This document shows, in pieces, positions 51,645 to 64,000 of a stretch of DNA of 64,000 nt. The stretch lies in the NCBI GenBank assembly GCA_002269645.1, contig NIVC01000236.1, positions 526,882-590,881 on the forward strand, read 5' to 3'. Position numbers and translations under genes: made by a program. The notes beneath the pieces are model-generated. The model was not told the origin of the DNA. It made no database searches and worked only from the letters and a program-made list of their open reading frames with translations. Positions within the stretch are counted from its first letter, which is position 1, and each line of letters opens with the position of its first letter. Source of the stretch: Macrostomum lignano. Its lineage: Eukaryota.

Positions 51645-52165
51645 CGAATGTGAATCCGAATATTGTTCCGAATGTAGACCCGAATCTTGTTCCGAATGTA
51701 GACCCGAATCTTGTTCCGAATGTAGACCCGAATCTTTGTTCCGAATGTAGACCCGAATCTTGTTCCGAATGTAGACCCGAATCTTGTTCCGAATGTAGAC
51801 CCGAATCTTGTTCCGAATGTAGACCCGAATCTTTTTCCGAATGTGGAACCGAACAGTGTTCCGAATGTGGATCCGAACAGTGTTCCGAATGTGGAACCGA
51901 ACAGTGTTCCGAATGTGGATCCGAACAGTGTTCCGAATGTGGAACCGAACAGTGTTCCGAATGTGGATCCGAACAGTGTTCCGAATGTGGAACCGAACAG
52001 TGTTCCGAATGTGGAACCGAACAGTGTTCCGAATGTGGATCCGAACAGTGTTCCGAATGTGGATCCGAACAGTGTTCCGAATGTGGAACCGAACAGTGTT
52101 CCGAATGTGGAACCGAACAGTGTTCCGAATGTGGAACCGAACAGTGTTCCGAATGTGGACCCAAT
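51645..52165. repeat. 24-bp minisatellite with two sub-arrays
   Basis: TTGTTCCGAATGTAGACCCGAATC followed by GTGTTCCGAATGTGGAACCGAACA. Confidence 0.95.
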
Positions 52166-52899
52166 TATTGTTCTGAATGTGAATCGAAATAATTGCTTCA
52201 AATCTGTTTCCTTGCGGAACATTGTACTTTTAATTCACAACTATTTAAGCCATTTCGCTTAAACAATCTTTTCTGGTGAAAGCGGTATTTGTCATTACTA
52301 CTTTACCAGACTTCTAGCTCCATCAGAAACAGTTACACGGGCCTGCAGGAATTCCTTTCAAACCTGTTTCTCCGGCTCATGTTATGGCGATGATTTATGG
52401 CTGCTGGAATAACTGCCGCCGTCGCTAGCGCTGTCCCAAGCTCCAGCCGAGAGAAGGAAACCTCTGCTTTCTTTTGGCCCAAATTGCCGCCGAAATGACT
52501 CTGAAATGACAAAACTGCCAAAGCTAATTTTAGCGTGGCAGCTGAAGACCTGAAGTCAGGCTCGAAAATAGCTTTGCTCTTTGCTGCATTGACCATGGAC
52601 TTCTAAAAATAGAACATGGAATCAAGAAGTCCATGCCGAGCGTGTAATCAGAATTAATTTTAGAAGCATTTGCAACTTGTCATTCTGATTTGTTTATCAG
52701 TGACCAGTGCGTTTTGCTTGACCTTGGAAACTGGAATTTCCTGAATACGAGCGTAGATTTGAGTCGGGCTGCTTCTGATTTGACTCTTTTCGGAGCACCA
52801 GAACTGCCCGCCGGTATTTTCCGCTTTTATGGAAATGTCGGCGAGTCAATCATGCGCTCGGAGCAGCCAGCTTCGAGCAAAAACTTTTGTAGCCTGTGC

Positions 52900-53810
52900 C
52901 TCTGTAGCTGGCGCCCCTCTGTAGCTGGCGCCCCTCTGTAGCTGGCGCCCCTCTGTAGCTGGCGCCCCCTCTGTAGCTGGCGCCCCTCTGTAGCTGGCGC
53001 CCCCTCTGTAGCTGGCACCCCCTCTGTAGCTGGCGCCCCTCTGTAGCTGGCGCCCCCTCTGTAGCTGGCGCCCCCTCTGTAGCTGGCGCCCCCTCTGTAG
53101 CTGGCGCCCCCTCTGTAGCTGGCGCCCCCTCTGTAGCTGGCGCCCCCTCTGTAGCTGGCGCCCCTCTGTAGCTGGCGCCCCCTCTGTAGCTGGCACCCCC
53201 TCTGTAGCTGGCGCCCCTCTTTATCTGGCACCCCCTCTTTATCTGGCATCCCCTCTGTAGCTGGCGCCCCTCTGTAGCTGGCGCCCCTCTGTAGCTGGCG
53301 CCCCTCTGTAGCTGCGCCCCTCTGTAGCTGGCGCCCCTCTGTAGCTGGCGCCCCCTCTGTAGCTACCGCCCCTTTGTAGCTGGCACCCCCTCTGTAGCTG
53401 GCACCCCCTCTTTAGCTGGCACCCCTTCTGTAGCTGGCACCCCCTCTGTAGCTGGCGCCCCTCTTTATCTGGCACCCCCTCTTTATCTGGCATCCCCTCT
53501 GTAGCTGGCGCCCCTCTGTAGCTGGCGCCCCCTCTGTAGCTGGCGCCCCTCTGTAGCTGCGCCCCTCTGTAGCTGGCGCCCCTCTGTAGCTGGCACCCCT
53601 CTGTAGCTGGCGCCCCCTCTGTAGCTGGCGCCTCCTCTGTAGCTGGCACCCCTCTGTAGCTGGCGCCCCCTCTGTAGCTGGCGCCCCCTCTGTAGCTGGC
53701 GCCCCTCTGTAGCTGCGCCCCTCTGTAGCTGGCGCCCCTCTGTAGCTGGCGCCCCCTCTGTAGCTACCGCCCCTTTGTAGCTGGCGCCCCCTCTGTAGCT
53801 GGCGCCCCTT
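52900..53810. repeat. 19/20-bp minisatellite with a higher-order duplication
   Basis: Unit CCTCTGTAGCTGGCGCCC(C); the variant block CTCTTTATCTGGCA recurs at about 53216 and 53461. Confidence 0.95.
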
Positions 53811-54785
53811 ATAAGATATTCAGTGCAATCTGAAAAATTCAAGCAACTAAACTGCACAGCAGACAATGTGACGTCATGCTCTGGAACCTTTTTTAAAAAT
53901 TCTTATACAAGTTCGATTCTTTTACGTGTATAGTATCTGTGGTTATGAGTTAATTTAAATTAAATTTAATTTAATGTTTTATAAATCATTTATTTACAAG
54001 GTGCTGCTAAATTTCGAGCTAGATTGAGAATCGTTGAACGAACGCCTTGGAGAATTGTTTTTCAGAATTTCTTGCACTCCGGCGGCTCCGTCTCCTGTGC
54101 TGCCCGACGCGCCAGTTTCTTATAGCGGGTCGCTACTCTGAAAGACTGAAAAGCCTGTTGGTGCGGTGCGCCTCGCAACCATGGGATAAATGAATCTCGG
54201 AGCGCTCGATATAGCGGCTGTCCCCGAATATCTGCGGGTGGAGATTCGAAATTCCCATCCGCATAGGGAAATCGATTCGCAGAATGAGCTGAGCTCGAGT
54301 AGCGGCGCTCACAGCCGCACCTCAGCGCTGCCAGAGGAGGTGACGTCAGCCTCTGGGGCTCTCGGGCGGAGGAGGCAAATCTGAGGGGGGGGGGTTGAGC
54401 GGCGCGAGGGGTTCTTTTCCAGCTTATCCTGCCCAAGTTCCCAAAACTCTATTGGCAAGGCCAGCCAGCTCTCCTCCCCTATCCGAGTGTACATTGGGGA
54501 GAAACACTGAGGGTAATGGCTGTTATTGGTCGGCCTCCCCTTCTTCGCGTGTCACCCCCCTTCAGTCTGTCCTCTCCTACACAAACCCGCCTCTCCCGCA
54601 TCCCCAAGACGTGCGGGACACGCTGGGACCCCTTAATATAGATCTCCCCACCCTCGCTTGCGGAGTCACGCCCGCCTCTCTGCCAAAGTCGTCTGGGGCA
54701 AAGCAGGGGCTCGCGAACCGACTTTGATAGCCCCACACAACCCTGCCGGATCCGCGATGGGGACCGCGAGATAGCGGAACTCGGC

Positions 54786-56173
54786 ATGGCTGACAACTGC
54801 TGCGGCGAAAGCAAACTGGACTTTCTGGCCATGATTTCCTGGCCATTTCTGCTGCTGCTGAAGCTGACAGCTCTGCTGCTGCTGACAGTGGATCAGCTGA
54901 TTGACTGCCTCCGCGCTTTTTTCATTGAGCAGGCGCGAATCGAGCCCGCGACCTTGTCGAACTGTGTGGGAAAGTTGAACTTTGAGTCGGGAAATTGGTG
55001 AGTGCTTTCAGAAACCCTAAACTTCACAAACCCTCCACATCACTCTTCACAAGCCCTCAACTTCACAAACCCTCCACATCACTCTTCACAAGCCCTCAAC
55101 TTCACAAACCCTCCACTTCACTCTTCACAAACCCTTCACTTCACAAACCGTTCACTTCACAAACCCTAAGCTTCACAAATCCTACACTTCACAAACCCTA
55201 CACTTAACAAACCCTACACTTCACAAACCCTACACTTCACAAACCCTACACTTCACAAATCCTACACTTCACAAACCCTACACTTCACAAACCCTACACT
55301 TCACAAACCCTCCACTTCACTCTTCACAAACCCTTCACTTCACAAACCGTTCACTTCACAAACCCTAAGCTTCACAAATCCTACACTTCACAAACCCTAC
55401 ACTTCACAAACCCTACACTTCACAAACCCTAAGCTTCACAAATCCTACACTTCACAAATCCTACACTTCACAAACCCTACACTTCACAAATCCTACACTT
55501 CACAAATCCTACACTTAACAAACCCTACACTTCACAAATCCTACACTTCACAAACCCTACACTTCACAAATCCTACACTTCACAAACCCTACACTTCACA
55601 AACCCTACACTTAACAAACCCTACACTTCACAAATCCTACACTTCACAAACCCTACACTTCACAAACCCTACACTTCACAAATCCTACACTTCACAAATC
55701 CTACACTTCACAAACCCTACACTTCACAAATCCTACACTTCACAAACCCTACACTTAACAAACCCTACACTTCACAAATCCTACACTTCACAAACCCTAC
55801 ACTTAACAAACCCTACACTTCACAAATCCTACACTTCACAAACCCTACACTTAACAAACCCTACACTTCACAAATCCTACACTTCACAAACCCTACACTT
55901 AACAAACCCTACACTTCACAAACCCTCAACTTTAGGAATTCAGATTTTTGTTACTTTTACCGTTTTACCATTTGGGGGAATGAAATGCAATTTGTAATTA
56001 TAAAAATTAGGATCTGGGAAAGTCCGAGGTCTGGGCTGTCCAGACTGTACTGCAAGTACCGAAATCCCTGTCTTCAACTTTCAGCACCAGCCGCCATGAG
56101 CTGGAGCCCTCCCACCGCAAAGAGGCATTTTCACCAACTGTAATCCGCGCTGCAGATGGAGTGAAAACCTCTG
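54786..56173 (+). CDS. First exons of an unidentified gene with a hydrophobic segment. Exons 54786-54997 and 56084-56173
   Basis: ATG downstream of a GC-rich CCAAT/TGACGTCA region; MADNCCGESKLDFLAMISWPFLLLLKLTALLLLTVDQL..; GTGAGT and GTAAGT donors with a compatible phase-2 junction. Confidence 0.4.
55020..55930. repeat. 16-bp minisatellite
   Basis: Unit CTTCACAAACCCTACA. Confidence 0.95.
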
Positions 56174-56297
56174 GTAAGTTTCTTTTGGGGTTGAGAAGTT
56201 TCGAGATTTCAGAAAAACGTGGAATAATAAACACTCTGAGTTCTGAATTTTTGGGACGTGAACACAGGAGATTATCAATCTAGAGGACTTTAAACAA

Positions 56298-56806
56298 AGG
56301 ATTGTGAACACAGGGGATTGTGAACACAGGGGATTGTGAACACAGGGGATTGTGAACACAGGGGATTGTGAACACAGGGGATTGTGAACACAGGGGATTG
56401 TGAACACAGGGGATTGTGAACACAGGGGATTGTGAACACAGGGGATTGTGAACACAGGGGATTGTGAACACAGGGGATTGTGAACACAGGGGATTGTGAA
56501 CACAGGGGATTGTGAACACAGGGGATTGTGAACACAGGGGATTGTGAACACAGGGGATTGTGAACACAGGGGATTGTGAACACAGGGGATTGTGAACACA
56601 GGGGATTGTGAACACAGGGGATTGTGAACACAGGGGATTGTGAACACAGGGGATTGTGAACACAGGGGATTGTGAACACAGGGGATTGTGAACACAGGGG
56701 ATTGTGAACACAGGGGATTGTGAACACAGGGGATTGTGAACACAGGGGATTGTGAACACAGGGGATTGTGAACACAGGGGATTGTGAACACAGGGGATTG
56801 TGAACT
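56298..56806. repeat. Near-perfect 16-bp minisatellite
   Basis: Unit GGGGATTGTGAACACA. Confidence 0.97.
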
Positions 56807-57304
56807 CAGGTGTCACGGGTTCAAATTTTGGGGGCAGGAGAATAGTGCTCAAGCCTGGAACCCCATAAAAAATTCAGTTTAAATACACGAGGAAGTTTTC
56901 TTGCTCAAGAGAAAAATTTCCCCAAAGCTGACCCGAGTTCGAAAAAATGCCATTAAAAGTGCGGAGGTTCCCTCCCAATCTGGCGGAAAACCTGTTGGTC
57001 TAAAGATCCCATGGGATCTGGCTGGAGAGCCACCCGTTGCGCAAATGCAAATTGATGGCCCGCTGCTGTTGGATTTTCTCTCTTCTAGAAGAAAGAATTT
57101 GCCTAGGAGAAGCAGGAAAATCGCGGCAACAACTTCCAGATGTGCGCAGGCCGTTCCAACAAGATTGGAAACTGCTTGCTTGCTTCTTGGGAGTTCGAAC
57201 GAACTCTGTTGCACTCGGCTGCAGCTCAGTCTGCTTTTATTGCCTTCGAATTTGCATTGCGCCCTGCTTTGCAAGGCCACTGCGCGAACCGTTCAATTCC
57301 TGGT

Positions 57305-57975
57305 AGAAATCCCCATTGGGATCTGCTCCCCATTCTGATTCCGTGTGTGAGTCCTAGATAGAAATCCCCATTGGGATCTGCTCCCCATCCTGATTCCGTA
57401 TGTGAGTCCCAGGTAGAAATCCCCATTGGGATCTGTTCCCCATCCTGATTCCGTGTGTGAGTCCCAGGTAGAAATCCCCATTGGGATCTGCTCCCCATCC
57501 TGATTCCGTGTGTGAGTCCCAGGTAGAAATCCCCATTGGGATCTGCTCCCCATCCTGATTCCGTGTGTGAGTCCCAGGTAGAAATCCCCATTGGGATCTG
57601 CTCCCCATCCTGATTCCGTGTGTGAGTCCCAGGTAGAAATCCCCATTGGGATCTGCTCCCCATCCTGATTCCGTGTGTGAGTCCCAGGTAGAAATCCCCA
57701 TTGGGATCTGCTCCCCATCCTGATTCCGTGTGTGAGTCCCAGGTAGAAATCCCCATTGGGATCTGTTCCCATCCTGATTCCGTGTGTGAGTCCCAGGTAG
57801 AAATCCCCATTGGGATCTGCTCCCATCCTGATTCCGTGTGTGAGTCCCAGGTAGAAATCCCATTGGGATCTGCTCCCTATCCTGATTCCGTGTGTGAGTC
57901 CCAGGTAAAAATCCCCATTGGGATCTGCTCCCCATCCTGATTCCGTGTGCTAAACCCAGATAGAAATCCCCATTC
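57305..57975. repeat. 55-bp minisatellite, about 12 copies
   Basis: Unit GAAATCCCCATTGGGATCTGCTCCCCATCCTGATTCCGTGTGTGAGTCCCAGGTA. Confidence 0.95.
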
Positions 57976-59246
57976 ATACGAGTATTGGCAATTTCAACGC
58001 CAAGATTGTGCCAGGAAAGTTGCATAAACTGCTGGAGACAGGGGCAGCACAGGCAGCAGGCAAGCCAGCAGACAGCAGGAGGAACTGCATGCAGCAAATG
58101 CCTCTGACTTATTAGCAGTGACGCAATCTGCAAGAATCGGCAACAGCTGAGGGCCCGACAGGCCACTCATTCACTGCCGGGGGTCGGAGGGAAGGAGTTC
58201 CAGAGGAATTTGTAGTGAAATCCCAGACTGACTGACTGCGAAAGCCAAGGGGAAATTATTGCAAGAGAATATATTATTATTGATATTAGTCCCCAGATCT
58301 CCTCAGAGCTCCCCCAAAGCAGACTCGGGCCAACAAAGCCGGAGAGAGGGGCTCCTCAGACTGTTTTGATTGATTCAATGCTAATGGCTCTGCGGCAGTC
58401 CGGCGCGAATAAACTTGGGCCTCTCCTTGCTTCCTCTTGTTTATCAGTCCAGAATCCCCGTGCACTCCCCGGTCCTCCACTCGTCAACTTCCCCCCTTGC
58501 CCCGGAGTGGGTTACGTAATCCCCATTTGAGGATCCCGGGGCGAAGTGGGCGCGAGGCTGCATGCGGGCAGTGAGGAGTTGGGGCAGGAAATCCCAAAGC
58601 CCGGCATTCATAAACCGAGCCGGCTTTGACTGGCGTAGGCGGCGCTCAAGTGAGTCACGTGATCCGACTCGGAAGCGGAGATGCAGGGAGAGAATGGGAG
58701 AATGGGAGGACTTGAAATTTCCTGTCGAATACGAGTAAAATTAACTTCAGCAACCGAAATGCCTACTAGCAGTAATCTGCTGCGCATGCCGTGGCTCCTT
58801 GGCCCCCGAACTGGTCGCATTTTTAGCTCCTAATTTTCAAGCCACCGCCCTACTTCCCCAGCTGCGGCATTCCGGCCCCGACCTCAGCATCCATCGCTGA
58901 TTATCCCCCTCCCAGCTGCGGCATTCCACCTTTCCTGCCTCCATCGGCTCCCCTCACCGGGCGGGAAGTTGCGGACGGTCCCAGGCACGCCGCCCCATCC
59001 GTCCCTATCCCTCTCCATCCATCCCTTTCCTCAATGAATGCGCACTTTAAGCCACCGGGGCGCTCCGCTCCCACAGCACGGGGGTTATAAACATGGGGCC
59101 GCAAGCTGCAGCCGGGTGCCGCTGTCTCTCGTTCAGTCTGCATTGGAAAATCTTTTCCAGTTCCCGGCCGCTGTAGTTCGGCAGCTGCGAACGACCCGCC
59201 TGAGCCGCGACTTCGGACCGCCTGCGGCAGATCCGCCACTGCGGCG

Positions 59247-62200
59247 ATGAGCGCCGGCGCCGGGGATGGCGCCGAGTCGGCGCGGCGCAGCCTGACGCTC
59301 AGCCTGGCGCTGGCGGAGCAGTTCGCTCACGTTGACAGCAGCAGCGAGGAGGAGGCGGAGGAGACAGCAGCGGTCAGTGGCGATTTGGGATGCCTGATTG
59401 GGATCTGGGATGCCTGATTGGGATCTGGGATGCCTGATTGGGATCTGGCATGCCTGATTGGGATCTGGGATGCCTGATTGGGATCTGGGATGCCTGATTG
59501 GGATCTGGGATGCCTGATTGGGATCTGGCATGCCTGATTGGGATCTGGGATGCCTGACTGGGATTCTGGAATGCCTGGTTGGGATTTGGGATGCCTGTTT
59601 GGGATCTGGGATGCCTGGTCGAGATCTGCGATGTCTGGTTGGGATCTGATATGCCTGATTGGGGTCTGGGATTCCTGATTAGAATCTGGGATGCTTAGTT
59701 TGAATCTGGGATTCCAATTAGTTTAGTTTTTTAGATTTGTTTTTATGGATGTCTTTTTGATATCAATATTTGTGTGCTGCGAATCAGGGACTACACGCGG
59801 ATGTTTTAATAAATGTAAATTAAGGTATTAGGAAAGTCAATTTATTAACTAATAGGAATTTATCAGAGATAATTCCAAGCATTTTATTAGGATCCGGTTA
59901 GGCCAGCCATAAAAAATCTGCGGGACAGGGACATGCGAACCTGCATTTCCAATCTGTCCGATATGAGATATTCCAAACGCCATGGAAGACGGCAGGTTCT
60001 ACAAGGCTCGCTGATTCTGTTCAATGGTAAACAGACAGCAGCGCTGACATCCGAGGTGGAAAATTGAATTTGAACTGGAAATTCCCCATCAAGGATCCGA
60101 CCTGTCCTGGCCCGGGAGTAATTAGTGCGGCGGCGTCAGTGCGGCCGTGAGGAGTTGCAGCGCCCGATGTGGCGTCCAGCTGGGCTGAAAAAGTGCACGA
60201 AAACAGGAGGCTGCAGAGACTTTCAGAGGGACCGATGAAGGTTTCCTCAGGTGGTCGCTGGGCCAAAGGCGTGACTGACGACCCGGAGGTCTGGGGTTTC
60301 GGCTGGGCTAGCGAAAATAAATGGATCGGCCAGTCAGGCTTTTCTGCGATTCTTCTGCCCTTTCAGATGCCAGTCAGCAATGGGGCCTGCGAACAGGGCT
60401 GTCCTGCTGTGGTTGCTGGGGCCGCTGACCAGCTCGAGGACCAGCACCAGCACCAGCACCAGCACCAGCACCAGAACCAGCACCAGCACCAGAACCAGCA
60501 CCAGCACCAGAACCAGCACCAGAACCAGCACCAGAACCAGCACCAGCACCAGCAGTCGGAGATTCACCAGTGTCGCAGCTGGGACTCGGGAACACAGCAG
60601 CATCAGTTGGCGAGGCGCGTTGCGCCGCACGAGAGGCTAATCATTGAGAGTGAGTCCAACCCAATCCAATCCAATCCAACCCAATCCAATCCAATCCAAT
60701 CCAACTCAACCCAACCCAATCCAATCCAACCCAATCCAATCCAATCCAATCCAATCCAATCCAATCCAACCCAACCCAATCCAATCCAATCCAACCCAAT
60801 CCAATCCAATCCAACACAATCCAATCCAATCCAACCCAATCCAACCCAATCCAATCCAATCCAATCCAACCCAATCCAACCCAATCCAATCTAATCCAAT
60901 CCAATCCAATCCAACTCAACCCAATCCGATCCAATTCAATCCAATCCAATCCAATCCAATCCAATCCAACTCAACCCAATCCAATCCAACTCAACCCAAT
61001 CCAATCCAACTCAACCCAATCCAATCCAATCCAACTCAACCCAATCCGATCCAATTCAATCCAATCCAATCCAATCCAATCCAATCCAATCCAATCCAAC
61101 TCAACCCAATCCAATCCAACTCAACCAACCCAATCCAATCCAGTCCAATCCAATTCAAGCCAGTCCAATCCAATTCAATCCAATTCCTCTTCCGTAGACC
61201 AGCGCCGCAAAGTGTGCGAAGAGATCGTGGAGACGGAGCGCAAGTACTGCTTCTGTCTGTGGACTCTCATTGACCTGATTGGCGGTTCGCTGAGGGCCGC
61301 CGCCTTCATCAGCACTCGGGATCTCTGGTGAGTGACAGAATGAGATGAGTCCGGAGTGACGGAATGGGGGTGACTCCAGAGTGACAGAATGAGATGACTC
61401 CAGAGTGACAGAATGAGATGAGTCCGAGTGACAGAATGAGGTGACTCTGGAGTGACAGAATGAGATGACTCCGGAGTGACAGAATGAGATGAGTCCGGAG
61501 TGACAGAATGAGGTGTCCGGATTGAAATAATGAGATGACTCCGGAGTGACATAATGAGATGAGTCCGGAGTGACAGAATGAGATGAGTCCGGAGTGACAG
61601 AATGAGGTGTCCGGATTGAAATAATGAGATGACTCCGGAGTGACATAATGAGATGACTCCGGAGTGACAAAATGAGGTGATTCCAGAGTGACAGAATGAG
61701 ATGAGTCCGGAGTGACAGAATGAACCCATCGCTGTATGAGCACAGTAATGGCTGAGAACATCTCATCATTTCGCCCCCTGCCCATCCGCAGCCTGATCTT
61801 CCCGAACACGCTGCCCGCCTCTACGACATTCACGCGGCCTTCTCGGCAGCCTGGAGGAGTCAGATGACTGCTCAGTGCAGCGCCAGCCGCCGCTGCCGCA
61901 GTGCAGCCTGGCGCAGGCCGTCCAGCAGTTCCTGCAGCGGCACGAGCGCCGGCTGCTGCAGCTGTACCGCAGCTACGTTGCCCAGTTCGGCGCCGCCATG
62001 CGCTGCGTTCGCCGTCTGAGACGCCGGTCGCGCAAATTTCGCGACCTCCTGCTGAGCCTCCAGCGGCATCCGGACTGCGAGGGACTCGAACTCACGGCCT
62101 TCCTGCTCACCCCTGTGCAGCGGCTGCCCCGCTACTTGCTGCTGCTGCGCCAGCTGGCCGACCGCACCGACCGCGCCACCCGGACCTTCGGCCACCTGAC

Positions 62201-63010
62201 CCGCGCACCGACCGCCTGCGGGGTCTCCTTGACCAGCTCAACTGCAGCATTCAGGGCGCCCTGGCTGAGGCCACCGCTTGGCCAGCAGGGGACTCGTCGG
62301 CAGCGACGGCTGCTGCTGTGGACGAGGAAGCCGCCGCCTCCTTTGGCGACCGGCAGCAGCAGCAGCAGCATTTCCTGCTGGGCGCCGGGCAGTCCTCGCG
62401 GCAGCGCGGCGTTCCACACAGCCGGAGGCGCTGGCCACCACCCCTGGGACTCGCCCAGGCACCTCAAGCGGTCGCAGCGGCGGGTCGCCGGGCAGCAGGC
62501 CGAGCAGCCGGACAGCAGCGGTGCCGCTCTGTCCCGCCAGAAGAGGCCAGCGGCAGCCGGAGCAGAATGGTCGTCTTCGAGTGGTTGCCATGGTAACCAA
62601 ATGTAGAGATTGTTGAATGACTTGAAGTGTTGCTGAGTTCCAAGTTTATTGCTATGGTAACCAGACGCAGGCACATTGTTGCTGTTTTCCAAGTTGGTTT
62701 CCATGGCAATGCGATACCCTAAACCACTCCCGACTCGAACCCCCTCCGGTCTGCAGATCAGCCCGGAGACCGCCCGCCGGCTTCGACCCGGCGACCGGAG
62801 CCGCTCAGCCGGTGACGTCATCGCCAGCGGCGGCTCGGCCATACAGGGCGGCTCCCTGCACCAAGCGGCGCCGGGCGCGGTGGCGACTTCTTCAACGGGG
62901 GCAGCGTCGCCTGCGACGGCGTTGTCGGGGCGGCGGCAGGCGACGAAAATCGTCCCCGAGAACCGCCGTGAAGGAGACCTTCCGGAAGATGTTCCTGTCG
63001 CGAAGAAAGT
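59247..63010 (+). CDS. RhoGEF (Dbl-homology domain) gene, partial. Exons 59247-59372 (tentative), 60367-60649, 61198-61327, 61792 to about 62595, about 62758-63010
   Basis: QRRKVCEEIVETERKY; LIFPN; LYRSYV; FLLTPVQRLPRYLLLLRQL. Three apparent 1-bp deletions in the GC-rich exon are possibly sequencing errors. Confidence 0.82.
59385..59710. repeat. 20-bp minisatellite
   Basis: Unit TGGGATGCCTGATTGGGATC. Confidence 0.93.
60655..61185. repeat. (CCAAT)n pentanucleotide array filling an intron
   Basis: About 530 bp of CCAAT/CCAAC between the donor at 60650 and the acceptor at 61197. Confidence 0.97.
61330..61722. repeat. About 24-bp minisatellite
   Basis: Unit GAGTGACAGAATGAGATGAGTCCG. Confidence 0.93.
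62584..62711. promoter_or_regulatory. Cluster of three RFX X-box-like palindromes
   Basis: GTTGCCATGGTAAC (62584), ATTGCTATGGTAAC (62648) and GTTTCCATGGCAAT (62698). Confidence 0.55.
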
Positions 63011-63044
63011 GAGAGCTAAGTTGCTGTCGATTTAGTCTTCTCTA

Positions 63045-63330
63045 GATCTACAGAATCCTGTAGATTTGGTTTATAGATCTACACAGAATTCTTTAGATTT
63101 GGTTTATAGATCTACACAGAATTCTGTAGATTTGTTTAATTGATCTACACAGAAATCTGTAGATTTGTTTAACTGATCTACACTGAATTCTGTAGATTTG
63201 GTTTATAGATCTATACAGAATTCTGTAGATTTGTTCAATTGATCTATACAGCATTCTGTAGATTTGTTTAATTGATCTATACAGAATTCTGTAGATTTGT
63301 TCAATTGATCTATACAGAATTCTGTAGATT
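63045..63330. repeat. About 33-bp minisatellite with a palindromic core
   Basis: Unit TCTACACAGAATTCTGTAGATTTGGTTTATAGA and variants. Confidence 0.92.
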
Positions 63331-64000
63331 TTGTTTCTTATGCACACACAGTAAGGACAACTTACTTGTAAATTGTTTCTTGGATCTAGATCTGTAGATT
63401 TACTCTCTAGATATTTCAGTTGAGTCGGTTTCTTAGATATTTAAGCTAAAGTATCTTTACTGGGATCTAAGAGTCAACTAATGCTGATTTCCATCACATT
63501 TTTACAAGCCGCGAACTCGCGACCTTCTCCTCATTTAACAGAGTGTCGACAGTCGACTCGACAGCTCTTGGGGTGACCTGTGAAAGGCCCTGTCAGCATC
63601 TGACAGCATCTGACAGCCTCTGACAGCCCGCTTGCATTCCACTAGTTGCCATTTCTGCGGCAGCCGCCTCCGCGCCGCGCACCGCTCAGCTGATGCGGCA
63701 CCGCTCATCGCATCCGCTTCATCCCCTCGCCCCTCCTCAGCCTCTCCACTTCATCAATGGCGGGCGCATGTACAGGCATGGGGCAAGGGCAGTGTGTTGC
63801 AGTGACGGGCTGGGTGAGTCACCCGGATCCTATACCCCTCAGCGCTGATCGTTCAAATTAGTTCGCGCAATTTGCCTTTTTTCTGTCTGCCGCACAATGA
63901 TTTGCTTGCATCATACAGCTATTGTACCGTTTGCACACTTTTCTCCCGTTAGTTGCGTCCCGCCTACTGCAAGTAGGCTGGCTAAGAATTTTAGCCCGCA

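Larger units (their letters stand above)
47810..54440. other. Probable exons of one or more unidentified genes between the minisatellite arrays
   Basis: Short GC-rich unique blocks with protein-like translations (for example 54436-54062 minus, 52596-52333 minus, about 48230-48410 plus). Strand and model are unresolved. Confidence 0.25.

Noticed and set aside
49950-57975. 31-55 bp arrays as CRISPR
   Set aside because: The units are head-to-tail with no unique spacers, no cas genes are present, and the context is eukaryotic.
42900-61833. Long repetitive ORFs (for example 42919-43836, 47084-47719, 51317-52222, 56081-56791, 57226-57810, 60644-61273)
   Set aside because: They are translations of intronic minisatellites, open in several frames on both strands, so they are not evidence of genes.
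61792-62260. RhoGEF as a pseudogene
   Set aside because: The lesions look like single-base deletions in GC-rich sequence with intact motifs and splice sites, which is more consistent with consensus error. Raw reads are needed to decide.

Overview
Eukaryotic (animal) genomic DNA with spliced genes, many transposon remnants and introns filled with minisatellites. The style resembles the flatworm Macrostomum, but that is inference only. Main content: (1) two head-to-head inverted eIF4G paralogues. Copy B (minus strand, 3681 to <1) keeps the PABP-binding motif. Copy A (30171-44738, reconstructed in frame, about 1516 aa) has lost that motif by an in-frame deletion and carries a second, divergent, fully spliceable MIF4G domain cassette. 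The first coding intron of both copies has U12 (minor spliceosome) signals and is followed by a 14-nt micro-exon. (2) An NPF/NPY neuropeptide gene, an unidentified three-exon gene end, a secreted F-type lectin gene and a RhoGEF gene. (3) Two defective P-like/THAP transposons with long TIRs, a 24-bp P-type excision footprint between 8-bp TSDs, Gypsy, RTE, Tc1 and Crypton-like remnants, a solo LTR with an internal hairpin, and MITEs. All gene models were built by hand from splice signals and phase; none was checked against transcripts or databases. Scattered 1-bp frameshifts suggest some consensus errors in the assembly.
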